DNA of 53,743 nucleotides from Patescibacteria group bacterium (GTDB lineage Bacteria; Patescibacteriota; Saccharimonadia; Saccharimonadales; Saccharimonadaceae): NCBI GenBank assembly GCA_035494435.1, contig DATJGX010000028.1, positions 1 to 53,743 of the forward strand, read 5' to 3'. Shown piece by piece: positions 45,130 to 53,743 of this stretch (position 1 is its first letter; each line of letters starts with the position of its first letter). The notes under the pieces were generated by a model. It saw only the letters and a program-made list of their open reading frames with translations, ran no database searches and was not told where the DNA came from. The position numbers and the translations under genes were made by a program.

Positions 45130-46083
45130 ATGAACTCATTTTGGAAAGACTTACCGAAGCCTTTTTTTGTGTTAGCGCCTATGGAAGCCGTCACTGATGT
45201 CGTATTTCGTCATGTCGTGGCGGCAGCTGCACCGCCTGACGTGTACTTTACCGAGTTTACGAATGCGACCGGCTGGGTTCATGCTGGTGAGCCTGCAATC
45301 GGCGGTCGTTTAGTCAAGACCGACGAAGAAAGTATCATGGTCGCACAATTATGGGGTGCAGTTCCAGAAGACATGGCACAACTTACTGCACACTGCCGTG
45401 AACTCGGCTATAAGGGCGTTGATATCAATATGGGGTGTCCCGATTCAAGTGCTGTAAAGGCGGGAGGTGGTGCTGGCATGATTCGCACGCCCGAACTTGC
45501 TCATGCCATGATAGCCGCTGCGAAAACAGCAGGACTACCGGTCAGCGCAAAGACGCGCCTTGGCTATAGTCGAGTCGATGAATGGAAGCCGTGGTTACGC
45601 GGCCTCCTAGAGCAAGATATCGCAGCATTGACGATTCACCTGCGTACCAAAAAAGAAATGAGTAAAGTCGACTCGCATCACGAGTTGATTCCTGCCATTG
45701 TGGCGCTACGTGACGAAGTCGCACCTAATACGCCGCTTGTCATAAATGGTGATATCGAGAGTCGCGCACATGCGATGGGGCTCTACGAGCAATATCCCGG
45801 CATCGATGGCTTTATGATTGGGCGTGGTATCTTTCATAATCCGTTCGCGTTTGAGCATGAGCCGACAGTGCATAGTCGTGATGAGCTCCTTGGTTTGCTA
45901 CGACAACAGCTCGATCTTTATGACCAGTATTCGGCGCTAACGAATCGACCCTTTGATACGCTCAAACGCTTCTTCAAGATTTACGTCCGAGATTTCGAGG
46001 GCGCAAGTACGCTGCGTGATCAACTGATGCACACCCACACGACCGACGAGGTTCGCGCGATTCTCGATACCAAAAACACCTAG
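45130..46083 (+). CDS. dus: tRNA-dihydrouridine synthase
   Basis: 317 aa with LAPMEAVTDVVFR, INMGCP and a TIM-barrel Dus pattern. TGaGATAAT lies 7 nt upstream of the ATG. Confidence 0.9.
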   Translation: MNSFWKDLPKPFFVLAPMEAVTDVVFRHVVAAAAPPDVYFTEFTNATGWVHAGEPAIGGRLVKTDEESIMVAQLWGAVPEDMAQLTAHCRELGYKGVDINMGCPDSSAVKAGGGAGMIRTPELAHAMIAAAKTAGLPVSAKTRLGYSRVDEWKPWLRGLLEQDIAALTIHLRTKKEMSKVDSHHELIPAIVALRDEVAPNTPLVINGDIESRAHAMGLYEQYPGIDGFMIGRGIFHNPFAFEHEPTVHSRDELLGLLRQQLDLYDQYSALTNRPFDTLKRFFKIYVRDFEGASTLRDQLMHTHTTDEVRAILDTKNT

Positions 46084-46119
46084 CCTGTATACGACTAGGT
46101 GTTTTTATAGTACGAACGT

Positions 46120-46545
46120 CTAATGCCTTCGACGACGTCGATGCAAGTCGGCAACCTTGAGTCTGACCATATGTCGGTCGACCAATTGGTGCGCCTTTTC
46201 GAGTTCGATCTGGTCTTTAGCTTCATCGCGCAGCTTGAGCGCTCGCTCAAGTGCTTTTTTCGATTCGGCTTCGACGATATCAGGTGCATGATCAGCTTCA
46301 TCGACAAGCACGCGCACGTGGTCGCCATCGATCTCAACCACGCCGCCGCTGATCGCGAAGTACTCGACTTGGTCATCGGCGTCTGTCTTTTGCTTACGAA
46401 CGACGATCGCGCCAGGTTTGGCGAGTGTCACTAACGGTTCGTGACCGGGGAACACACCGATTTCGCCGTCTTCGGTCGGAATGACAACTTCATAGACGTC
46501 TTCGTCTATCTTCGTGCCCGCAAGCGTGACAAGCTTGAGATTCAC
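46120..46545 (-). CDS. atpC: F1 ATP synthase epsilon subunit
   Basis: 141 aa with the motif GEIGVFPGHEPLVT. Confidence 0.9.
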   Translation of the reverse strand: MNLKLVTLAGTKIDEDVYEVVIPTEDGEIGVFPGHEPLVTLAKPGAIVVRKQKTDADDQVEYFAISGGVVEIDGDHVRVLVDEADHAPDIVEAESKKALERALKLRDEAKDQIELEKAHQLVDRHMVRLKVADLHRRRRRH

Positions 46546-46549
46546 AAGC

Positions 46550-48119
<1,570 letters not shown>

Positions 48120-48123
<4 letters not shown>

Positions 48124-48986
48124 TTCATGGCCTCCGCACCGCCACTGATTTCGGCGAGTTCCTGGGTAATGGCAGCCTGACGGGCTTTGTTCATCGCTAG
48201 CGTCAGGTCATCAATCAAATCGCTGGCGTTATCGGTGGCGTTTTTCATCGCGACCATGCGCATACTGTGTTCACTGGCACGACCGTCAAGCAATGCTTGA
48301 TAAATCTGTGCACCGACCAAACGGTACGCTACGCCTTCGAGCACCGCTTCGGCACTTGGCTCATAGCTTGCCGTACGAATACTGTCGCGTACGTCGGTTT
48401 CATCGTAGCCAGCAGGCAAGATACGCTGAATCTTAGCGCGCTGGGTCAAGCTTGAAACAAATTCCGTGTAGACAATATCGACAGCGTCAACTTCTTCGTT
48501 GCGGTATAGCTCAGCGGCTGTTGATACGATCGAGTGAAAACTCGAGCCTTCGACTTCGTCCGGCATATCGTCGTAGGTACCACGGACTTCGACGTCTTTG
48601 AGTCGTGTACTGAACTGCGACGCCTTGCGACCGACCGTAATAGTCTGCGTCGAAATACCGGCATCGCGATCAGTTCTGATCTCGCTCAGATAGCGCTTTA
48701 GCACGTTCGAGTTATACGCGCCGGCAAGACCTTTGTCGCTTGTTATGACAATAAGTAGTCGACGACGAACGTCACGCGTCATAAACAACGGGTGGTTACG
48801 AGTCGCGCCCTGACCGGCCAGATACGTCAGAAGCTCGTTCGCTGCCTGGGTATAGTCGACCGTTGCTTTTTGGGCTTCCTGAGCACGTCGCATTTTTGAG
48901 GCTGCGACCATTTGCATGGCCTTCGTAATCTGCTTCGTCGATTTGACGGAGCGGATACGTCCCTTTAGCTGACGAGTGCTTGGCAT
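48120..48986 (-). CDS. atpG: F1 ATP synthase gamma subunit
   Basis: 288 aa with [31 protein letters not shown] and the C-terminal ITQELAEI. Confidence 0.95.
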
Positions 48987-50515
48987 TAGCCTTCAAATCC
49001 TTTCGCTGCTTGTTTCGCAACCTTTTCGATCAATTTGGCAGTGTCGCCCTCGACCTTCGCATCACCCTTATTGAGTGTCTGCATGTCTTTCTTGTGATCG
49101 GTCCAAAGCTTTGTCAATAGGGCAGCTTGCGCATCCTTGATCTTGGCAGCTGGCACGGCGTCGAAACAGCCTTCGTTCACAGCGTGAATGCTTGCGCTCT
49201 GTTCCCAGACGCTGAGTGGCGAGTATTGTGGCTGCTTAAGCAGTTCAGTCAGTCGCTGTCCACGCTCAATCAGTTTCTTCGTTTCTTCGTCAAGGTCGCT
49301 ACCAAACTGTGCAAAGCTAGCAAGTTCGCGGAACTGGCTCAGGCCGAGCTTCAAGTGACCAGACACGCTCTTAACTGCTTTCGTCTGTGCGTCACCACCG
49401 ACACGGCTGACCGAAAGACCAGCAGAGATCGCAGGGCGGATACCTTGGTTGAAGAGGTCGGTTTCCATAAAGATCTGACCGTCGGTAATCGAAATCACGT
49501 TGGTCGGAATGTACGCAGAAATGTCTCCCGCCTGCGTCTCAATGATCGGCAGAGCAGTTAAGCTACCTGCGCCAAGCTCATCAGAGAGCTTCGCTGAGCG
49601 CTCGAGTAGACGAGAGTGCAAGTAGAACACGTCACCAGGAAACGCCTCACGTCCTGGCGGGCGACGAAGCAAGAGCGACATCTGGCGGTAAGCGACAGCG
49701 TGCTTTGAAAGGTCGTCATAAATCATCAGCGCGTGTTCGCCCTTATCTCGGAAGTATTCGCCCATGGCAGTACCGGCGTATGGCGCAAGGTAGAGAAGCG
49801 ATGCAGGATCACTCGGACCGGTCGCGACGATAATTGTCTGATCCATCACGCCTTCAGCTTTCAGTCGGTCGACCAAGCGAGCGACTTTCGACAGCTTCTG
49901 ACCGATTGCGACGTAAATGTTCACGACGCCAGTCTTCTGCTTTGCCTGGTTAATCATCGTATCGATCGCCACGGCTGTTTTACCAGTCTGACGGTCACCA
50001 ATGATCAGCTCACGCTGTCCACGACCGATAGGGAACATCGCGTCGATTGCCATGATACCCGTCATCAATGGTTCATGAACGTGTTTACGACCAAGAACGC
50101 CGATGGCTTCACGCTCGACAAGACCGCGCTGTTTCGTTTTGATTGCTGGTCCGCCATCGAGTGGCTCACCAAGTGGGTTAACCACACGGCCAAGCAATTC
50201 TTCGCCGACTGGAACGTCAAGAATAACACCTTTTAGTCGTACTTTGTTACCGGCAGCGACTCGGCTGTCTTCGCCAAGAATAACCGCACCGATTTCATCT
50301 TCCATAAGGTTAAGAGCGAAAGCTTCAACCACACCGTCGGTGGTTTCAATTTCCAATACCTCACTGTAGCCTGCGTCACGTAGACCGTGTACCCAAGCGA
50401 CGCCGTCACCGACGCGTGTCACGATACCGTTCGACTCGAGCCCGGCGGTCGTTTCAAGATTTGCAATCGCACTGCGCAAATCGTTTGCTAATTCACTTAC
50501 TGTTATTTCTGCCAT
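48986..50515 (-). CDS. atpA: F1 ATP synthase alpha subunit
   Basis: 509 aa with Walker A GDRQTGKT and an alpha-type C-terminus. Confidence 0.95.
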   Translation of the reverse strand: MAEITVSELANDLRSAIANLETTAGLESNGIVTRVGDGVAWVHGLRDAGYSEVLEIETTDGVVEAFALNLMEDEIGAVILGEDSRVAAGNKVRLKGVILDVPVGEELLGRVVNPLGEPLDGGPAIKTKQRGLVEREAIGVLGRKHVHEPLMTGIMAIDAMFPIGRGQRELIIGDRQTGKTAVAIDTMINQAKQKTGVVNIYVAIGQKLSKVARLVDRLKAEGVMDQTIIVATGPSDPASLLYLAPYAGTAMGEYFRDKGEHALMIYDDLSKHAVAYRQMSLLLRRPPGREAFPGDVFYLHSRLLERSAKLSDELGAGSLTALPIIETQAGDISAYIPTNVISITDGQIFMETDLFNQGIRPAISAGLSVSRVGGDAQTKAVKSVSGHLKLGLSQFRELASFAQFGSDLDEETKKLIERGQRLTELLKQPQYSPLSVWEQSASIHAVNEGCFDAVPAAKIKDAQAALLTKLWTDHKKDMQTLNKGDAKVEGDTAKLIEKVAKQAAKGFEG

Positions 50516-50524
50516 ATGATTCTC

Positions 50525-50902
50525 CTAGATTTTCCTTTCGCGTAGTTGTGAGAGGCGTCGAACAAATGTTGCATCGAGCCGTTTTGTAGGTGTTTCAATC
50601 CGTACACCGCCAAGCACGGTGGGGTCGATGTGTTCTCGAATTTCGAGCTTCTTCGCGCCGGTCAGGGCCTTGATTTCGTTTTTCATCGTCTGATCAAGAT
50701 TCTCGATTGCGGTCACGTCGACAAGTACAGTGCCGCTGGCTTCGAGCTGTTCGAGAATTGAACGAACATATAAGTCCAGCTCCCTGGTGCGACGTTCCTC
50801 GACGAGAAACGCGGCTAGTTCACGAATTACCGCCGAATTACCGGCTTCAAGCTCGTGAGCGACGTATCGTGCAATCTTCGTACGCGAAAGAGTGGCCGAC
50901 AT
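50525..50902 (-). CDS. atpH: F1 ATP synthase delta (OSCP) subunit, unusually short
   Basis: 125 aa. The assignment rests on its position between atpF and atpA and on the C-terminal VLGGVRIE...D.T motif. Confidence 0.7.
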   Translation of the reverse strand: MSATLSRTKIARYVAHELEAGNSAVIRELAAFLVEERRTRELDLYVRSILEQLEASGTVLVDVTAIENLDQTMKNEIKALTGAKKLEIREHIDPTVLGGVRIETPTKRLDATFVRRLSQLRERKI

Positions 50903-51466
50903 TTACTTATCTGCCTCCTTGAGCGCACTGGTAATCACCGCCTTGTCAGCCTTTGCCGAATAGGTCTTGCCGATGACTTTTTCAGTCGCCGCCGCTACCA
51001 GCTCAAGCGTTTCGTTATGCAAGGCTTTTTTCGCAGCGATAACTTCTTTGTCGATTTCATCTCGTGCGGTCTTGAGCGTATTCTCGGCATTGGCTTTGGC
51101 TTTTTCTTCAGCCTTGCTCAGCATGATCGCCGCTTCGTCTTTTGCGGTTGCAACGATATCTTTCGCTTCCTTACGTGCTTCACGAAGTTGCTTGTCGATC
51201 TTTTCTTCAGCCGATGCGGCGTTCTTTTCTGCTTCGCGAGCAGCTTTGAGGCCTTCTTCGATCTTGTCTTGGCGCTCGTCGACTTGCTTCATCAGGACAG
51301 GGTAGACGAACTTGCCCATGAGCCAGACCAAAATGACGAAGCCGATGACCTGAAAGAGCAGCATCTGCCAGTCAATACCAAGCGCGTCGAACACGTTGTT
51401 CGACGTCTCGGCGGTATCAGCCTGAGCAGCGACTTGCGCGAATTGCGTTGGTATCATGTGTAGCAT
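50903..51466 (-). CDS. atpF: Fo ATP synthase subunit b
   Basis: One N-terminal TM helix is followed by a long charged Ala/Lys/Glu-rich helix. The start is ATG 51466; the track uses TTG 51469. Confidence 0.85.
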   Translation of the reverse strand: MLHMIPTQFAQVAAQADTAETSNNVFDALGIDWQMLLFQVIGFVILVWLMGKFVYPVLMKQVDERQDKIEEGLKAAREAEKNAASAEEKIDKQLREARKEAKDIVATAKDEAAIMLSKAEEKAKANAENTLKTARDEIDKEVIAAKKALHNETLELVAAATEKVIGKTYSAKADKAVITSALKEADK

Positions 51467-51475
51467 CAAGGCGTC

Positions 51476-51688
51476 CTAGATAAACTTAGCGATGATAGCA
51501 ACGATGATACCGATGATTGCGAGTGAGTCTGCAAAGACGATCGCGGTGATCATCAGGGTTCGGATATCAGATAGTTTTTCAGGGTTGCGTCCCAGTGCAT
51601 TTAGCGCACCACCACCGATGATACCGATACCGACAGCTGCACCAAGTGCAGGCAGTGCGTATGCGAGACCGAATGCTAGTTGTTCCAT
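51476..51688 (-). CDS. atpE: Fo ATP synthase subunit c
   Basis: 70 aa forming a two-TM hairpin with a GxGxGxG motif and a loop RNPE. Confidence 0.9.
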   Translation of the reverse strand: MEQLAFGLAYALPALGAAVGIGIIGGGALNALGRNPEKLSDIRTLMITAIVFADSLAIIGIIVAIIAKFI

Positions 51689-51724
51689 TGTTAATAACTC
51701 CTTTTATTAATTACCTAAATTATA

Positions 51725-52531
51725 TCATTGCTGCTCGGTTGCCGTTTTCGGATGAGCAGGGGAATGATCGCTTGAATCGTGATGGCTAATAGCCAGGGAT
51801 GTGAAGATGACAGTCAGAATAAAGAACACGTAAGCCTGGATAAAGCCGATAAACAGCTCAAATGCCATGAATACCGGCAGTGCAAGTGCGGCGAAGTAAC
51901 CCGTCAGCACACTCATAATGAGTAGCAGGACTTCACCCGCGAAACAGTTTCCGAACAAACGAAGACTCAGTGCGGTGTAGCGGCTAATTTCACCGATCAA
52001 CTCCAGAATACCTTCGAACGCGCCGAGCGGATCTTTGATTGGGTTGCGGAAATAACGCTTCAAGTTGCCGATACCGCCTAGCATCCGAATAGCATATACC
52101 TGGGTTGCGATGAGCGAAATAAAGGCGAGGGCAAACGTAAAGTTCATGTCGGCCGCGATACTACGCAGAATCGGCTGATCATTGTATTTGATACTGTCGA
52201 GGCCAGGCAGAACGCTCATCCAGTAGCTGATCAATACGTAGAAAAAGATTGTCAGTGCAAGCGGTGCGATACGGCGCGCGATGGCTCGATCGGGAATGAC
52301 TGATTCAATCTGGGAGTACATGCCTTCGAACGCCCATTGCATTAGGCCGACGAACCGGTTATATTGACCGTTCTTCACTTTGTGGCTGATATAGAGAAAT
52401 AGACCGATGAAAATCAGCAGACTCACCGTACCGGTCAGCATGGCGTTTGTGACCGCGAAAGAACCGATGTGGAACATCGGAGCGGTTTTGATGTCGATGT
52501 GCAGGTCAAGTGCTGCGAATTGTTGAAACAT
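51725..52531 (-). CDS. atpB: Fo ATP synthase subunit a
   Basis: 268 aa polytopic protein with the conserved LSLRLFGN arginine motif. Confidence 0.9.
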   Translation of the reverse strand: MFQQFAALDLHIDIKTAPMFHIGSFAVTNAMLTGTVSLLIFIGLFLYISHKVKNGQYNRFVGLMQWAFEGMYSQIESVIPDRAIARRIAPLALTIFFYVLISYWMSVLPGLDSIKYNDQPILRSIAADMNFTFALAFISLIATQVYAIRMLGGIGNLKRYFRNPIKDPLGAFEGILELIGEISRYTALSLRLFGNCFAGEVLLLIMSVLTGYFAALALPVFMAFELFIGFIQAYVFFILTVIFTSLAISHHDSSDHSPAHPKTATEQQ

Positions 52532-52798
52532 TTAGTTCTTTGAAACCCTCGTTAGTTGTCTTCGTACAAGCAAACCGGCCAGTCCTGTACCCAGTATCAT
52601 CAAGGTAATCATCAGCCATGGCGTCGTGCCAAGAAGTTTATCGACATAGAGCCCAAGTAAGGTTGCTCCGATCGTCGGGATAAACATCCGCCACGCCGTG
52701 TCGGCGATGTCACCCAGGATCATAAGAACCGCGTTTTGTGCCTGCGGCCTCTTGGTTGGGTTGGTCGTAGGTTTGCCTCCGTTTGGCTGTATGCCCAT
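52532..52798 (-). CDS. AtpZ/AtpI-like small membrane protein at the head of the atp operon
   Basis: A two-TM protein directly upstream of atpB. The start is uncertain (ATG at 52798 or 52831, TTG at 52837). Confidence 0.55.
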   Translation of the reverse strand: MGIQPNGGKPTTNPTKRPQAQNAVLMILGDIADTAWRMFIPTIGATLLGLYVDKLLGTTPWLMITLMILGTGLAGLLVRRQLTRVSKN

Positions 52799-52838
52799 GT
52801 ACGCATATACTATAACAGCAGAAAGGTTCATGTTCAAT

Positions 52839-53036
52839 ATGCCACGGCGAAATCAGACCCCAAAACTGCATCGACGCGAAATACCGCTTCGGACATGCCG
52901 CGATAAGCGGACGTATCGTACCGAGGCCGAAGCGCTCAAGGCTGCGGAGTTACAGATGCTTATGAATCCATCGATAGAATTAAGCGTCTATAAATGTGAC
53001 CAGTGCCGGTACTGGCATATGACCAGTCGGACATGA
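52839..53036 (+). CDS. Small basic protein with a C-terminal CxxC...H motif
   Basis: Sequence MPRRNQTPKLHRREIPLRTCRDKRTYRTEAEALKAAE...YKCDQCRYWHMTSRT. An alternative ATG lies at 52830. Confidence 0.45.
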   Translation: MPRRNQTPKLHRREIPLRTCRDKRTYRTEAEALKAAELQMLMNPSIELSVYKCDQCRYWHMTSRT

Positions 53037-53068
53037 TATACTAAATATAGTAATAGGAGGGAATACGT

Positions 53069-53347
53069 ATGGCAGATTCAACAAACAACACCGCAACCGT
53101 CACCATTTTTAGCACCCCATGGTGTGCATTTTGCCGCACCGAAAAACAATGGCTCGAGAGCCTTGGCGTCTCATATGAGACCAAGGACATCGAAGAAGAC
53201 GAGGGCGCAAAAGACGAACTACTCGCAAAACTCGATGGGCAATTCCAGGGTGTACCAACCACCTTTATCGGCGACGAAGTAATCGTTGGCTTTGACCGAC
53301 CAAAACTACAGGCCGCACTCGAAGCGAACAAGCTCGTTAGCGCGTAG
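53069..53347 (+). CDS. Glutaredoxin/NrdH-like redoxin
   Basis: 92 aa with the CxxC active site (WCAFC) and a GVPTTFIG cis-Pro loop. An AGGAGG RBS precedes it. Confidence 0.8.
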   Translation: MADSTNNTATVTIFSTPWCAFCRTEKQWLESLGVSYETKDIEEDEGAKDELLAKLDGQFQGVPTTFIGDEVIVGFDRPKLQAALEANKLVSA

Positions 53348-53368
53348 CGATTGTATCCCGAGAATTCA

Positions 53369-53402
53369 GATAGAGCGCCAATCGGCGCTCTATTGACTTT
53401 TT
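53369..53402 (+). terminator. Probable intrinsic terminator
   Basis: Sequence atagagcgcc-aatc-ggcgctctat followed by tgactttttt. Confidence 0.5.
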
Positions 53403-53421
53403 ATATAGTTTATGCTAATAT
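53392..53421 (+). promoter_or_regulatory. Promoter-like TTGACT-18-TAATAT
   Basis: The hexamers lie at 53392-97 and 53416-21, upstream of the G+C-rich ORF at 53470. Confidence 0.4.
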
Positions 53422-53469
53422 GGTGTACGCTTGCATCCGCAGGCATCCTGTCGTCAAGGAGCACGTTTC

Positions 53470-53743
53470 ATGACCAAGTTGACCAATCGCACCGTCGAAT
53501 TCGACCTCAGGGTCGTTCTCAACCGGTGGGTCCTCGCCCTCGTCACGGCTACCAAGGCCGCGCTACACCGACTTCGCACCGGTGCGCGCAACCTCGGCTA
53601 CGACCTGCGTATGAGCTACAAGCTGTACGTCGGAACCGGCGAGTTCACGATGAGCGTCGACGTCTTCAGGAAGCTACGCGACATCCGTCGCGTCCAGAAG
53701 ATCTACGGCGATCTCAGCCCCGCGCAGTACCGCGCGCTTGTGC
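53470..53743 (+). CDS. Hypothetical protein, 5' part only (runs off the window), G+C-rich
   Basis: The ATG follows AAGGAG. The translation is MTKLTNRTVEFDLRVVLNRWVLALVTATKAALHRLRTGARNLGYDL..., and the frame is open to the window edge with strong G/C preference at third codon positions. Confidence 0.5.
   Translation, partial: MTKLTNRTVEFDLRVVLNRWVLALVTATKAALHRLRTGARNLGYDLRMSYKLYVGTGEFTMSVDVFRKLRDIRRVQKIYGDLSPAQYRALV

Overview
This 53.7-kb window comes from a compact bacterial genome that uses the standard genetic code (TGA acts as a stop). Genes are tightly packed, with many 4-8 bp start/stop overlaps. SecE and L1 carry Lys-rich N-terminal extensions, and the F-ATPase delta subunit is short. 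Together these suggest a reduced Patescibacteria/CPR lineage, possibly Saccharibacteria-like, but that is inference only.

Most of the window is housekeeping:
- A GH57 fragment plus a GT4 glycosyltransferase, a PAP2 phosphatase, an S1C protease, tRNA-Trp and an orphan histidine kinase.
- A fragmented secE-nusG-rplK-rplA-rplJ-rplL cluster, interrupted by unrelated genes (a cyclase-like ORF, an otsA/otsB fusion, thyA-folA-dcd-tmk).
- tdk, dnaX, dnaB, ybaB, recR, an NrnA-like DHH protein, cysS, an AI-2E transporter, an Erm/KsgA-like methyltransferase, MTHFS, an ABC-F ATPase and tRNA-Gln.
- An RlmD-like methyltransferase, a 1092-aa UvrD-type helicase with a C-terminal PD-(D/E)XK nuclease, dus, a complete F1Fo ATP synthase operon on the minus strand, and a glutaredoxin-like gene.

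The most interesting signals are:
1. Four patches that are visibly G+C-richer than their surroundings:
   - a GreA-like gene at 35.4 kb;
   - a ~385-nt structured non-coding unit at 40.5 kb, with a consensus promoter and mutually exclusive antiterminator/terminator hairpins;
   - a ~0.9-kb unit at 44.2-45.1 kb holding a 54-aa ORF, a tRNA-like element and a long structured tail;
   - a partial ORF at the right edge.
   The second and third patches flank the helicase-nuclease gene.
2. A translationally coupled three-gene operon (SAM-methyltransferase-like, CYTH, P-loop kinase-like) with no function I can recognise.
3. A 67-aa ORF coupled on both sides between atpG and atpD.
4. An 18-nt duplicate of the tRNA-Trp 3' end.

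I saw no CRISPR array, transposase, integrase or rRNA.
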